Assembly: GCA_965232265.1 (NCBI GenBank) | Contig: CBDDPH010000002.1 | Location: 1,176,290-1,240,289 of the forward strand | Length of the DNA: 64,000 bases | Reading direction: 5' to 3' | Source: Candidatus Latescibacterota bacterium | GTDB taxonomy: Bacteria > Latescibacterota > UBA2968 | Shown here: positions 10,228-21,075 of the stretch, piece by piece | Position numbering within the stretch: the stretch's first letter is position 1 | How the letters are laid out: the number at the start of each line of letters is the position of its first letter | Made by a program: the position numbers and the translations under genes | Notes under the pieces: generated by a model | The model's input: only the letters and a program-made list of their open reading frames with translations | Told to the model about the DNA's origin: nothing | The model's database searches: none

Positions 10228-11603
10228 TGCACCCTCCGCCCGGTCAGTGTACGCAGGGTCGTTTGGGTAATTTCGACATTGGTCAGCGCATTGTCTGCAA
10301 CGCCCTCACGCGGAAATACGACTGTCTTAAAACCATCGGATTTTCCCACGGCGAAATCCTCGCCTTTGCGGGCATCTCCCTGTACCAAAACCTCGAGCGT
10401 GCGACCGATATAAGTCGCGTTGATTTCTTCAGAAATGCGATTTTGTTGTGCAATAATGGTTTCGAGCCTTTGTACCTTTTCCTCTTCTGGGACCGTATCG
10501 GGCATCTCGCGGAAAGCGACCGTGCCTTTTCGCGCAGAGTACTTAAACATAAACGCGGAATCATAACGCACCTGCGCCATCAATGCCAGCGTGGCTTCAA
10601 AATCGGTTTGGGTTTCACCGGAAAAGCCAGCGATAATATCTGTACTCAAACATAGATCTGGCATCGCGCCGCGCAAATCATCGACCAGGGCGAGGTAGTC
10701 TTCGACCGTATAACTGCGCTTCATCGCTTCTAGAACGCGGTTTGACCCCGACTGCACGGGCAAATGAATAAAGCGACAAATTTTCTTTTCACGCGCCATC
10801 GTTTCAATGAATTTTTCAGAGAAATCACTCGGATGAGGCGAAGTAAAGCGGATGCGGTCAATACCGTCTATGCGCGCAATCATCGAGAGTAAATCGGCAA
10901 AATCGCAGGCATCATCGCGATAAGAATTGACGGTTTGGCCCAATAAGGTAACCTCTCGAAAACCCGCATCGGCGGCGGCACGAGCTTGTCGGACAATTTC
11001 GTGCGCCGGCACACTGCGCTCTCTGCCGCGCACATAAGGCACAATGCAGAACGTGCAAAACTTATCGCATCCGCGCATAATGGTGATCCAGGCGTTGCTG
11101 CCCTCTTCGCGCAAGGGATCGATGTCCATATAGTATTCGCCGCGATCCAAACGCACGTCCAGAGCTGAATCTCCACGCGCTTCGGCAATGAGTTCGGGCA
11201 GTCGCCGATACGAATCTGGCCCCACGATGAGATCGACATAGGGCGCGTCGTTCATCAGGGATTCTGAAACGTGCTTGGCCATGCATCCCGATACCCCCAT
11301 AATCAGGTCTGGACGCCGATACTTTAGCTGGCGCAATTGTCCCAACCTGCCCCTTATTCGCTCTTCGGCGTGTTCGCGTATCGCGCAGGTATTCAGCACA
11401 ATGACATCGGCATCTTCCGGGCGATGGACAGAGGTATATCCCGATTGCTTCAAAATGCCCTGCATCAGTTCCGTATCCGATACATTCATCTGGCAACCAT
11501 AGGTCTCGATAAAAACCTTTTGCCCAGACACGGGTGCGACAGGTATCTCGGGCTCGGTTTGTACGGCGCGACCGTCTAATTCGATATCGAGCAATGCGCT
11601 CAC
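10224..11603 (-). CDS. miaB: tRNA-2-methylthio-N6-isopentenyladenosine synthase
   Basis: [24 protein letters not shown]-terminal TRAM domain. Confidence 0.95.
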   Translation of the reverse strand: MSALLDIELDGRAVQTEPEIPVAPVSGQKVFIETYGCQMNVSDTELMQGILKQSGYTSVHRPEDADVIVLNTCAIREHAEERIRGRLGQLRQLKYRRPDLIMGVSGCMAKHVSESLMNDAPYVDLIVGPDSYRRLPELIAEARGDSALDVRLDRGEYYMDIDPLREEGSNAWITIMRGCDKFCTFCIVPYVRGRERSVPAHEIVRQARAAADAGFREVTLLGQTVNSYRDDACDFADLLSMIARIDGIDRIRFTSPHPSDFSEKFIETMAREKKICRFIHLPVQSGSNRVLEAMKRSYTVEDYLALVDDLRGAMPDLCLSTDIIAGFSGETQTDFEATLALMAQVRYDSAFMFKYSARKGTVAFREMPDTVPEEEKVQRLETIIAQQNRISEEINATYIGRTLEVLVQGDARKGEDFAVGKSDGFKTVVFPREGVADNALTNVEITQTTLRTLTGRRVQ

Positions 11604-12727
11604 GTTCGTTTCCTTTTTATTTTTTTTCTTGCCAAACGCATCTCTTCCATTACTTCTGCATCGCGTTCACACAACAGTGCTTTGTCAAGCGCCCGTCTCG
11701 CCCGCCCGCCTCCAATTTTGCCCAGTGCCCAAGCCGCGTGTTGTCGCACGAGTGGCTCATCATCTGTCAGGGCATTTACCAGGGCGGGAACTTCAGATTT
11801 ACCTCCCACATTGCCCAATGCCACGGCAACATTTCGCAATAATCCACGCCGTTTGGCACGCTTGATTGGGCTGTTTTTAAATCGCTTAGAAAAAGCCTCT
11901 TGATCCATGTGTAGTAAGTCAGTCAGCGCGGGCGCATTCAAACCCTCGCGCGCCTGAAAAGCATTTTCAGAAGTCGGCTTTGCGTGTTTGAGATTCCAGG
12001 GGCATACTTCCTGACAGATATCACATCCAAAGACCCAGTTGCCCACGTCCGATCTCAAATCCCGCGGAATAGCGCCTTTCAATTCAATGGTCAAATAAGA
12101 AATACACCGCCGAGAATCCACGACATAAGGTTCTGGAATGGCGTCTGTTGGACACGCATCCATGCACTGCGTACAGGTGCCGCAGTGATCGGGTTGCGGG
12201 CGATCAATTTCGAGATCGAGATTCAGAATAATCTCGCCTAAAAAAAACCAGGACCCGCGGCTTTTGTCAATCAAGCAGGTGTGTTTCCCAAACCAGCCCA
12301 GCCCGGCTCGAGCGGCGAAATCGCGCTCCAGAACAGGCCCGGTATCGACATAGACCCGGCCCTCAGCAGAGGGTTCAATTTGCTGAATTTGAGATAGGAG
12401 TTGGAGCAAGCGGTCTTTCATGACGGTGTGATAATCATCGCCACGCGCATAGCGCGCAATCTGCCCTTTGGGCGCACCGTCATTATCGGATCCATCGGAA
12501 CGGGGCTGATAATTGAGGCCCACGCAGAGTACTGATTTGGCGTCTGGAAAAATCTGGCGAATATCTGACCTTCGATCCAGGTTGCGAGCCAAATACCCCA
12601 TTTCCCCCGCGTAGCCCATCCCCAGCCACTTTTGATAAAACGCCCAGTGTTGCGGGGGATCTGCGGATGCAATCCCCACGGGATCAAATCCCAAACGCCG
12701 CGCCACATCCTTAATCCGACGGGTCAT
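11600..12727 (-). CDS. queG: Epoxyqueuosine reductase
   Basis: ARYARGDDYH, VDTGPVLER, CGTCTQCMDACPT, FGCDICQEVCPWN; start position uncertain. Confidence 0.95.
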   Translation of the reverse strand: MTRRIKDVARRLGFDPVGIASADPPQHWAFYQKWLGMGYAGEMGYLARNLDRRSDIRQIFPDAKSVLCVGLNYQPRSDGSDNDGAPKGQIARYARGDDYHTVMKDRLLQLLSQIQQIEPSAEGRVYVDTGPVLERDFAARAGLGWFGKHTCLIDKSRGSWFFLGEIILNLDLEIDRPQPDHCGTCTQCMDACPTDAIPEPYVVDSRRCISYLTIELKGAIPRDLRSDVGNWVFGCDICQEVCPWNLKHAKPTSENAFQAREGLNAPALTDLLHMDQEAFSKRFKNSPIKRAKRRGLLRNVAVALGNVGGKSEVPALVNALTDDEPLVRQHAAWALGKIGGGRARRALDKALLCERDAEVMEEMRLARKKIKRKRT

Positions 12728-12747
12728 GCAGGTACTCCAAAAATAGA

Positions 12748-12773
12748 GGACAGGGCACAACAATGCCCTGTCC
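12748..12773. repeat. Intergenic perfect inverted repeat
   Basis: GGACAGGGCA-CAACAA-TGCCCTGTCC. Confidence 0.6.
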
Positions 12774-12781
12774 CGCGATTC

Positions 12782-13156
12782 TCAGGTCTGACGAGCCAGT
12801 TTGTCAAGTGCATTGCGAACGGCATCTACTGCCAGATCAGCGGCGTGTTTCCGCGTGGGTGGCAAGCCGCCAAGCGCAGTCTCGATATCGGCACGAACAA
12901 TTTTAAACGCCTGAACGGGCGTTTTCCCAACCACCCATTCCGTGAGCACAGACCCCGAAGCAATGGTTGCAGCACATCCCTGTGCCCGGAAAAGAGCGCG
13001 GTCAATAACGCCGTCTCGGATGGCAATATGCAGGGATAGGGTCGCCCCCGAAGCGGGATTTTCTGCAAATCCAATCGCATCGGGGGTGTCTAATGCGCCG
13101 ACATTTCTGGGATGTTCAAAATGATCCCGTAAAATCGTGGAGTAATCATCAGACAT
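12782..13156 (-). CDS. IscU/NifU-N-type Fe-S scaffold-like protein
   Basis: DHFEHPRNVG, AQGCAATIAS, LGGLP; the first and third canonical Cys appear replaced (NPASG, KHAA). Confidence 0.8.
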   Translation of the reverse strand: MSDDYSTILRDHFEHPRNVGALDTPDAIGFAENPASGATLSLHIAIRDGVIDRALFRAQGCAATIASGSVLTEWVVGKTPVQAFKIVRADIETALGGLPPTRKHAADLAVDAVRNALDKLARQT

Positions 13157-13160
13157 GGAA

Positions 13161-14816
13161 TTACGCGCCGGCCCGTGAAGAAGTTCCCGAGCGATAATTG
13201 CGTCCGCGCCGACCATAGCGCCGCCCTCTACTGCGCGGAATGCGTTTGCCAGAGCGGCCAGCCCAACCTGTGGCAATTGTTTGTCTAATTACCGTGATCT
13301 GAACCTCGCCCGGATAGGTCATTTCTTCGCGGATACGCTCGGCAATTGCAAAGGACAGATCTTTGGCCTGTTCGTCGTTCACGCGCCCGGCATTGACCAG
13401 CACGCGCACTTCTCGCCCGGCATTGATGGCATAAGCATCGCGCACGCCATCGAAAGATTGCGCCACCTCTTCTAAATCGCGCACCCGTTTGATATATCCT
13501 TCGGCATCGTCGCGCCGAGCACCGGGACGCGATGAAGAAATCGCATCGGCTGCCTTGACCAAAAACGAAAGCGGGGTGGAAGCCTCCGCCTCGCCATGGT
13601 GATAGAAAATGCCGTTGATAACCTCTTTGCCCTCGCCGTATTTGCCAGCCAGATGCGCGCCAATGTCGGTGTGTTTGCCCTCGAGTTCCTGGTCCACGGC
13701 TTTGCCGATATCGTGCAATAGCCCACATCGCCGCGCGAGTTTTTCATCCATGCCCAATTCTGCTGCCATTGCACCGGCCAGAAAAGCCACTTCTTTGGAA
13801 TGCCCCAAAACGCTTTGCCCATAACTCGTGCGATACTTGAGTTTTCCGACCAGTTTGACCAGTTCCGGATGCAATGATTCAATACCCAATTCGCGCACTG
13901 CCTGACGGCCTTCTTCGGCAATAAGTGAGTAGATCTTCTTTTCGCAGTTGGCAACAACCGCTTCAACGCGGCTTGGATTGATGCGGCCGTCGCGCACCAA
14001 TTGCTCCATAGACAGACGCGCCACATCGCGCTTGACCGGATCAAAGCTGGATAAGACAACCGCCTCGGGCGTATCGTTCACAATGACTTTCACACCGGTG
14101 GCGGCTTCAAACGCAATGATATTGCGCCCCTCTTTGCCGACAATCCGCCCCTTGATATGATCATCGGGCAATGTGACAACCGATATGGATGACTGAACGG
14201 TTTGATCGGTGGAACAGCGTTCTATTGCCTGTGCCAGAATTTTCTTGGCCTCGCGGTCAGCTCGTTCTCTGGCGTGATCGATAATTTCGCGGCCGATATT
14301 TGCTGCTGTCTGCCGCAGGGAATGGCGAATGTTTTCGAGTAACATATCACGGGCGCGATCGACATTCATACCCGAAATACGCTCCAGTTGTGCCCGTTGT
14401 TGATCGAGAACATCGGTCAGTTCCAGCTCTCGTTTTTCCAAACGGACGGCTTTTTGATTTCCCTCTTGTTCCCGCCGGGTTAAGGTCTTTTCGCGCTGGC
14501 TTGCAACTTCGGCCTGTTTTGCGAGACGAGTCTCTTGTTCCTGCAATTCTCCATTTCGGCGATCTAAGGCACGCTGTTTTTTATCAAAAGACTTTTCAAT
14601 TTCCGCCTTTTCTTCATACCAACTGTTTTTAATTTCTAAAAAAGCAGCCTTGCGATCTCGGTCTTCCTGTTTCGCGAGTTTGATTGCGCGTTTTTCTGCC
14701 TGCTGTTCAATATCTCGCATTTTTCTATCTCTAATGTGGGTGCCAATAAACCACCCGATTCCAAACGTAATAAGGGCAATGGCAACTGCCAGATAGATGA
14801 TAATGTTCGTTGCCAT
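13161..14816 (-). CDS. rny: Ribonuclease Y
   Basis: N-terminal TM segment, coiled coil, KH domain (KGRIVGKEGRNI), HD domain (LLHDIGK). Confidence 0.95.
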   Translation of the reverse strand: MATNIIIYLAVAIALITFGIGWFIGTHIRDRKMRDIEQQAEKRAIKLAKQEDRDRKAAFLEIKNSWYEEKAEIEKSFDKKQRALDRRNGELQEQETRLAKQAEVASQREKTLTRREQEGNQKAVRLEKRELELTDVLDQQRAQLERISGMNVDRARDMLLENIRHSLRQTAANIGREIIDHARERADREAKKILAQAIERCSTDQTVQSSISVVTLPDDHIKGRIVGKEGRNIIAFEAATGVKVIVNDTPEAVVLSSFDPVKRDVARLSMEQLVRDGRINPSRVEAVVANCEKKIYSLIAEEGRQAVRELGIESLHPELVKLVGKLKYRTSYGQSVLGHSKEVAFLAGAMAAELGMDEKLARRCGLLHDIGKAVDQELEGKHTDIGAHLAGKYGEGKEVINGIFYHHGEAEASTPLSFLVKAADAISSSRPGARRDDAEGYIKRVRDLEEVAQSFDGVRDAYAINAGREVRVLVNAGRVNDEQAKDLSFAIAERIREEMTYPGEVQITVIRQTIATGWAGRSGKRIPRSRGRRYGRRGRNYRSGTSSRAGA

Positions 14817-15056
14817 TGAAGCTCCCTGAAATAGCATGTCCATTGGAGCCTCCTGTCAAAATTCAAATCCGGTTTTATATCCAGAACGCAGGTGCGAAAG
14901 ATATTTTTACACAGCTTCTGCACAAACTGCGCCGATGCGTTATACGCATCGCAAATAAGAAAAAATATGAAAAAAATAGACGTCATGCGTTTTTATTCCT
15001 CAGAAGCTGGCTTAAAGCGATAAAGGGGTGTTATGTGGTGATGTTTTAAAGGACTC

Positions 15057-15089
15057 AAAAGGGAGGAATCGCGAGGCGACCCCTCCCTT
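15057..15089 (-). terminator. Intrinsic terminator after sod-prx-erpA
   Basis: Minus strand GGGAGGGGTCGC-CTC-GCGATTCCTCCC followed by TTTT. Confidence 0.7.
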
Positions 15090-15119
15090 CAACACACGGG
15101 CTTTTCTACAAAGCGATGT

Positions 15120-15446
15120 TTACACGCTAAATGATTCTCCACAGCCACACTGATTTCTGGCATTGGGATTGTTAAATCGAAATCCCGTTCCCATCAGGCC
15201 ATCGTCGTAGTCCAGTTCAGTGCCTGTCAAAAAGAGCGCGCTTTTCATATCGACAAAAACCCGAACGCCATAAGCTTCAATTACGCTGTCATCTGCGCGG
15301 GTAGTCTCATCGAAGTCGAGCTGATATTGAAGGCCAGAACATCCGCCGCCGATCACTTTCAAGCGCAAACCATGACCTTCGGGACGTCCTTCTCTGTCCA
15401 TGAGCTCTTTAATTTTGCCCGCTGCTGTTTCTGTGACGCAGACCAT
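15120..15446 (-). CDS. A-type Fe-S carrier (IscA/ErpA family)
   Basis: GGGCSGLQY and CGCGESF; GGAGG RBS. Confidence 0.95.
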   Translation of the reverse strand: MVCVTETAAGKIKELMDREGRPEGHGLRLKVIGGGCSGLQYQLDFDETTRADDSVIEAYGVRVFVDMKSALFLTGTELDYDDGLMGTGFRFNNPNARNQCGCGESFSV

Positions 15447-15457
15447 AAATGCCTCCA

Positions 15458-15937
15458 TTAACTCAACGCTTGCAGACACGCTTTAATCGCATCAAAATCG
15501 GGCAACTGGGTTGGATCGTCGGACACAGAAGCAAAACGCACCACGCCGCTTTTATCTACGACAAAAGCCGAACGCTTTGCCACGCCCTTAAATCCAATCA
15601 AGTCTTCGAATTGCGATCCATAAGCCGCGCTGACTTCTTTGTTGAAATCGCTGAGCAGGGGAACGGTAATATCGTTTTCCTTTGCCCATGCTTCCTGGGC
15701 AAAGGGGCTATCTACACTGATGCCCAAAACCTGTGCATCGAGGGCGTCGTAATCGGCCAGACCACCACTGACCGAGCACATTTCATCGGTACAGACGCCG
15801 GTATAAGCGAGTGGGAAAAACAAAATTACGACGTTTTTTTGCTCTCTGTAATCGCTCAGAGAAATATCGGTCATATCGTCGCCAGACTTTGATTTCAGCG
15901 TAAAATCTGGTGCCTGATCACCTACAGTAATACCCAT
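15458..15937 (-). CDS. Peroxiredoxin (AhpE/BCP-like)
   Basis: FFPLAYTGVCTDE (PxxxTxxC), GISVDS, LLSDF. Confidence 0.9.
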   Translation of the reverse strand: MGITVGDQAPDFTLKSKSGDDMTDISLSDYREQKNVVILFFPLAYTGVCTDEMCSVSGGLADYDALDAQVLGISVDSPFAQEAWAKENDITVPLLSDFNKEVSAAYGSQFEDLIGFKGVAKRSAFVVDKSGVVRFASVSDDPTQLPDFDAIKACLQALS

Positions 15938-15958
15938 TATCATATCCTTTGGAAAAAC

Positions 15959-16570
15959 TTACAGCGCAGCTTCGTAACGGCGATTGACTTCGTCCCAGTT
16001 AATCGTATTGGTCCAGGCTTCAATATAATCGGGACGCAAATTCTGATACTTGAGATAATAAGCGTGTTCCCACACATCGAGGCCGAGAATGGGCGTTCCG
16101 TCACCTGTCATGATCGGATTATCTTGATTGGCAGTGCTCAAAATATCGAGCTTGCCGTCTTTGACCACGAGCCAGGCCCAACCACTGCCAAAGCGCGTTG
16201 TGGCAGCAGTGACAAATTGTTCTTTTGCAGCTTCCACACCGCCCAAATCGGACCCAATAGCGCTGGCGACTGCGCCTGTTGGCCCACCACCGCCATTGGG
16301 GCTCATAATTGTCCAGAACAAACTGTGGTTGGCATGGCCGCCGCCATTGTTTTGAACAGCCGTGCGGATATCTTCTGGCACGCTGTCCAAATTGGTGATC
16401 AAACTTTCGATAGACTGATTTGCCAGATCATCGTGCCCCTCAAGTGCGGCATTGAGATTGGTCACGTAGGCATTGTGGTGCTTGGAATGGTGAATTTCCA
16501 TCGTCCGCGCGTCAATATGTGGTTCGAGTGCATCATAAGCATAGGGCAAGTCGGGCAATTGGTATGCCAT
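15959..16570 (-). CDS. sodA: Mn/Fe superoxide dismutase
   Basis: [27 protein letters not shown]. Confidence 0.93.
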   Translation of the reverse strand: MAYQLPDLPYAYDALEPHIDARTMEIHHSKHHNAYVTNLNAALEGHDDLANQSIESLITNLDSVPEDIRTAVQNNGGGHANHSLFWTIMSPNGGGGPTGAVASAIGSDLGGVEAAKEQFVTAATTRFGSGWAWLVVKDGKLDILSTANQDNPIMTGDGTPILGLDVWEHAYYLKYQNLRPDYIEAWTNTINWDEVNRRYEAAL

Positions 16571-16737
16571 TTTGAAACTCCTTGTTTAGAGATGAATCGT
16601 TAGAAATGAATTGCGATAGCATGACTGACTTTGAGTTCAAAATATAATGAACTCCCATAAGGGCGTCAAGTCCTTATACAAGTCGTTTATTTTATGTAAC
16701 ATAAATACTTACAACAACTTGATATACGCCAAAAAAA

Positions 16738-17592
16738 TCATTTGATATGAACCAGTGCGTTGTCTATCAGGCGTGCATTGCCAAACCGCACTGCCACGGC
16801 CAGCAAAACGGAATTTTTTAGCTCAGCAACGGGTGTGAGATCTTTTGCATCGACGGCTTCGATATAGTCGATTTCTGCACTGCGCTGTGGTTCAATGACA
16901 TCGCGCATAGCTTCAATGACCTTTTGGGCACGTCTTTCGCCTCGCGCGATCATTTTTTGTCCCACCATCAATGCGCGGTAAAGCGCGGGGGCTTCCCGCC
17001 GTTCTTCAGCACCCAAATACGCATTTCTCGAACTCATCGCCAATCCGTCCGCTTCGCGCACTGTGGGGGCCATCAGTATCTCTACATCCAGGTTGAGATC
17101 GCGCACCATGCGTTGAATGACGATTGTTTGTTGCGCGTCTTTTTGTCCAAAGACAGCCACATGGGGTTTTACTGCCGCAAACAGTTTGGTCACGATTGTT
17201 GTCACACCTTCAAAATGCCCCGGACGACTTGCGCCACACAGCCTTTCGGTCAGCTTTGCCACGCGCACCGATGTTGCAAAATCTCCGGGATATATTTCTT
17301 TTTTCTCGGGCAAATATACGAGATGTGCGCCGTGTTGGTCGAGCAATTTCAGGTCCCGATCAATGTCTCTTGGATAGGCTGCGAGATCTTCGGTGGGACC
17401 AAATTGCAGGGGGTTGACAAAAATGCTCACCACAACCCGATCTGTTACTTTTAATGCCTGGCGCACGAGGCTGAGATGGCCTTCGTGTAGATATCCCATT
17501 GTGGGTACAAGCCCGATACGCAGGCCCGCCTGTCGGATACGGTCCGCTGCGCGGTGCATCTCGCGGACGGTTTTTATAATTTTTACGGCCAT
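16738..17592 (-). CDS. panC: Pantoate--beta-alanine ligase
   Basis: VPTMGYLHEGH, FGQKDAQQ, LAMSSRN. Confidence 0.97.
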   Translation of the reverse strand: MAVKIIKTVREMHRAADRIRQAGLRIGLVPTMGYLHEGHLSLVRQALKVTDRVVVSIFVNPLQFGPTEDLAAYPRDIDRDLKLLDQHGAHLVYLPEKKEIYPGDFATSVRVAKLTERLCGASRPGHFEGVTTIVTKLFAAVKPHVAVFGQKDAQQTIVIQRMVRDLNLDVEILMAPTVREADGLAMSSRNAYLGAEERREAPALYRALMVGQKMIARGERRAQKVIEAMRDVIEPQRSAEIDYIEAVDAKDLTPVAELKNSVLLAVAVRFGNARLIDNALVHIK

Positions 17593-18425
17593 TATTCGTC
17601 TATTCGCGCCCTGAATTGGCGCAGTTCCGCGCTCTTTATCTTAAAACGGTGTTTGTCTTCTGGAAATCGGTGTGCCTTGATATCTGCGACATAGTCTGCA
17701 AATGCCCGATGCATCTCCCCTTTGAGGTCGGTGTATGTTTTGACAAACCGATAATGGCTTTTGTAAACGCCCAGCATATCGTGTGCAACCAGCACCTGTC
17801 CATCGCATACACGCCCGGCACCAATTCCAATGGTTGGTATGGACACCCGGTTGGTCACGACTTCGGCAATGCGCTCGGGCACGCATTCTAAAACCACGGC
17901 CAGCGCGCCGGCAGACGCCAAAGCATCGGCATCGTACAGGACATCGAGCGCTTCTTCGGCGCGGTCGCCAAACACGGGACGCTGACCCGTGCGCGTTTGG
18001 GGCGTATAGCCAACGTGTCCCACCACCGGGATACCCTCGGCGACTAGGGCCTCGACCTGGGGCGTTATATTGCGCCCCCCCTCGAGTTTAACCACTTCGG
18101 TGCCCGCAGAAACCAATTGCCGCGCATTTTCTATTGCACGCTCCGGCGTTTCGTAAGCGCGATAGGGCAAATCTGCCATCAACAGCGCACTCACGACTCC
18201 GCGCCGCACCGCTTGCGTGTGGTGGCGCATATCATCCATTGTCACCTGCTGTGGGCTTTTATATCCCAACACATTGACGCCAACCGAGTCTCCCACAAAA
18301 ATGACATCGACACCCGCAGCATCTTGAAAAACAGCCATGGGATGATCGTAACAGGTCAACACCGCAATGGGTTCGCCTCGTTGTTTCATCCGTGTGAGAG
18401 TTTCTGGTTTTACCCGCGATCCCAT
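17592..18425 (-). CDS. panB: 3-methyl-2-oxobutanoate hydroxymethyltransferase
   Basis: VGDS, VKLEGG, IGIGAG..CDGQVLV. Confidence 0.95.
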   Translation of the reverse strand: MGSRVKPETLTRMKQRGEPIAVLTCYDHPMAVFQDAAGVDVIFVGDSVGVNVLGYKSPQQVTMDDMRHHTQAVRRGVVSALLMADLPYRAYETPERAIENARQLVSAGTEVVKLEGGRNITPQVEALVAEGIPVVGHVGYTPQTRTGQRPVFGDRAEEALDVLYDADALASAGALAVVLECVPERIAEVVTNRVSIPTIGIGAGRVCDGQVLVAHDMLGVYKSHYRFVKTYTDLKGEMHRAFADYVADIKAHRFPEDKHRFKIKSAELRQFRARIDE

Positions 18426-18428
18426 AGA

Positions 18429-19082
18429 TCAAATCCACCTCGTCTTGCCAGCTTCCATGTGTGTTGGTCGATAATAACGGGTTCCAGACGGAGGAGATTT
18501 AATTTGTGCCAGTAAATCCTCCAGGTGTTCTGGGCGATTTTCAAAATCGACCTCCGATACATTGACTGCGAGTAGCGGTGTGATCGAATAATGAAAGAAA
18601 AACTGGTTATACGCTTCCAATAACTTCGAGATGTATTCTTTTGATATCTCTCTTTCATATCCGCGTTCATGGCGTCTTATACCCCGCATCAGATGATTGA
18701 CTGTGGTCTGTAAATAAATCACCAGATCTGGACGGGGAAGTTTTGCACTCAATGTTTCGGCCAGTCGCTCATAGAGCGCGAATTCCGCATCATTGAGCGT
18801 CACATTGGCGTAGATGCGATCTTTTTCAAAAATAAAATTGCTGACCACAGCTTCTTGAAATAAGTCCATCTGATGGAGTTCTTGTTGCTGTCGATAGCGG
18901 CTTAGCATAAAAAAGACTTGGGTTTGAAAGCCATATTGATCGGGAGCCTCGTAGAACAAGGGCAAAAAGGGATTTTCTTCGGGTTCTTCAAGCAGCAGGC
19001 GGGCATTTAGACGACGCCCTAAAAGGCGGGCGAAACGCTTTTTGCCCACACCTGTTACGCCTTCAATAGCTATATATCGCAA
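18429..19082 (-). CDS. Deoxynucleoside kinase family protein
   Basis: IAIEGVTGVGK, NPFLPLFY, PDLVIYL. Confidence 0.9.
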   Translation of the reverse strand: MRYIAIEGVTGVGKKRFARLLGRRLNARLLLEEPEENPFLPLFYEAPDQYGFQTQVFFMLSRYRQQQELHQMDLFQEAVVSNFIFEKDRIYANVTLNDAEFALYERLAETLSAKLPRPDLVIYLQTTVNHLMRGIRRHERGYEREISKEYISKLLEAYNQFFFHYSITPLLAVNVSEVDFENRPEHLEDLLAQIKSPPSGTRYYRPTHMEAGKTRWI

Positions 19083-19099
19083 TGCTAAATCCCCTGGTC

Positions 19100-19603
19100 T
19101 TATTTTCTGTTGATCAAATTGAGACCTTCAATTTTTCGCACGGGCAAATCCATGCCCAAAGAATCGGTCAAACATTGAATCGATTGATGCAGGACGGGGT
19201 GTTTGAGGTCGGGTTTGAGGTCGCAAAGCGGTATCAGGACGAATGCGCGCTCGTGCAGGCGTGGGTGTGGCACCTGCAAGCCCGGCTGGTTGATGACGGC
19301 ATCGCCATACAATAAAATATCGAGGTCCAGGGTGCGCGGTCCCCACCGTGTCTGACGCACGCGACCAAATTCGCGCTCAATTGCCAGTAGGCAATTCAAT
19401 AAATTTCGCGCAGAGAGACGGGTATGGATTTGCAGAACTGCGTTGAGAAAATACGGCTGGTCAACTACACCTATCGGGGCGGTCTCATAGACTGCAGAGG
19501 CTGCGACAACGGCGATCTCGGGTTTTGCATCTATCATACCCGTCGCGTCCTGGAGCGTTTTTTCTCGATCTCCCAAATTCGCGCCAATGCCAATGTAGAT
19601 CAC
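19100..19603 (-). CDS. folK: HPPK (folate biosynthesis)
   Basis: IGANLGDR, RWGPRTLDLDIL, PHPRLHERAFVL. Confidence 0.95.
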   Translation of the reverse strand: MIYIGIGANLGDREKTLQDATGMIDAKPEIAVVAASAVYETAPIGVVDQPYFLNAVLQIHTRLSARNLLNCLLAIEREFGRVRQTRWGPRTLDLDILLYGDAVINQPGLQVPHPRLHERAFVLIPLCDLKPDLKHPVLHQSIQCLTDSLGMDLPVRKIEGLNLINRK

Positions 19604-19959
19604 GTTTCACGTCTCACTTCAACTTCAACGCCATCGAAATTGACGGATACTGGCGGATTGGGTTTGCGAACTCGCACGAGGAGTTTTGACAATCCCAATT
19701 CCGACTGCAAAACATCGGCGATGCGGTCTGCCAGGGCTTCGACAAGGCCAAACCTTTCTCCTGTCACCACTTGCTCGACTATTTTACAGACGCGCGGATA
19801 ATCGACAGCCCGAGGCGTATCCTTGTGTGCAAATCCCCTGAAATTGCCATAGATTTCTACGTCAACTTCAAATTTTTGACCGAGTTTGGCCTCTTCTTCA
19901 AACAGCCCATGGTAGCCGTAAAAAGCCATATTTTTTATTCTCAGTACGTCATTTGTCAT
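19600..19959 (-). CDS. folB: Dihydroneopterin aldolase
   Basis: FYGYHG..EEE..LGQKF, VDY, LVEALA, RVRKP. Confidence 0.93.
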   Translation of the reverse strand: MTNDVLRIKNMAFYGYHGLFEEEAKLGQKFEVDVEIYGNFRGFAHKDTPRAVDYPRVCKIVEQVVTGERFGLVEALADRIADVLQSELGLSKLLVRVRKPNPPVSVNFDGVEVEVRRET

Positions 19960-19985
19960 GGTGCTAATATTTACAATTCCATGTG

Positions 19986-20969
19986 TTAAGTCAAGGAGTT
20001 TGCTGTAAATGGCAAGTTGACCACTTCGGCCTCTGATCCGTCGTCCAGGAGTACGCGCTGTCCCGCTTCGTGATAGCTCCGGCGGATGATGGCAAGTGCG
20101 ATCACGCGATTGAGGAGAAGCGATTTCACGCAGGTGGTTACCCGTCCAACGGTTTTACCGTTGACTGTGATATTGCCACAAACAGGCGTATTGCCGATTA
20201 GGCCGGTTAGATAGCGGCGGGGGCGTCCCCGAAAGTGCATTTTGGCGATTACCTCTTGCCCAATGTAGCATCCCTTGTCAAAATCGACTGCGCGATTTAA
20301 ACCAACTTCGAGGGGCGCGACTGATTCATCGATCTCGGCGCCATAACGGGGAATGCCAGCTTCAACCCGCAATATTTCCTCCACTTGCCAGCCGATTGGC
20401 GTTCCGCCTGCTGTGACGAGTGCCCGCCGCAATGAATCGGCACGGTCTTGAGCAATGCGGAGATCACAACCCGGTTCGCCCGTGTATGATCGCGCGGTGA
20501 CCCAAATTGGGATGCCTTCAAATTTGCGTATAATCGTATGATGTTCGGGGAGGTCAACAGGTACGCGCCCGACAACCCGACTGACTAATTCATAGGCCGC
20601 GGGACCCTGTACCCCAAAAATGGCCCAGGCGTCGGATTCGTCCGATAGTGCGACATCATCGGCGATCAGATAGCGGTCCAGGGTTTCAATTAGCTTTGTC
20701 GCAAGTTCCGGTTCTGTTTCCATATAGATACAATCTCGTAAGCGGTGGACCCAAACATCTAATAGCGTTTGTCCTCGCGCCGATGTGACTGCGGCGTAAT
20801 TGCCCTCATTTTCGGCGAGGGATTCAACGGTATTGGTCACCATGCCGTGCAAAAATCTCAGACAATCCGCGCCTTCTGCACGCACTTTGCCCCGCTTGCT
20901 GCGGTTGAATATCCCCGCGTTTTCTCGAACGGCGCGGTACTGTGTTTCCACATTTCGATGCGATGACAT
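19986..20969 (-). CDS. YgfZ/GcvT-family folate-binding protein
   Basis: FDKGCYIGQE YgfZ signature. Confidence 0.85.
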   Translation of the reverse strand: MSSHRNVETQYRAVRENAGIFNRSKRGKVRAEGADCLRFLHGMVTNTVESLAENEGNYAAVTSARGQTLLDVWVHRLRDCIYMETEPELATKLIETLDRYLIADDVALSDESDAWAIFGVQGPAAYELVSRVVGRVPVDLPEHHTIIRKFEGIPIWVTARSYTGEPGCDLRIAQDRADSLRRALVTAGGTPIGWQVEEILRVEAGIPRYGAEIDESVAPLEVGLNRAVDFDKGCYIGQEVIAKMHFRGRPRRYLTGLIGNTPVCGNITVNGKTVGRVTTCVKSLLLNRVIALAIIRRSYHEAGQRVLLDDGSEAEVVNLPFTANSLT

Positions 20970-21075
20970 ATATCTTATCCTCCTATTGCCTAATTGGGGT
21001 AATATCTATATACTTTGAAAATGCCGTTTTTGTCAAAGGATTCTTATTCTCATCACAAATCAAAAGGAGATTCGT

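Noticed and set aside
14850-15110. Possible 6S RNA upstream of rny
   Set aside because: Only a terminator hairpin and AT-rich promoter DNA are visible; no long 6S-like rod could be identified.
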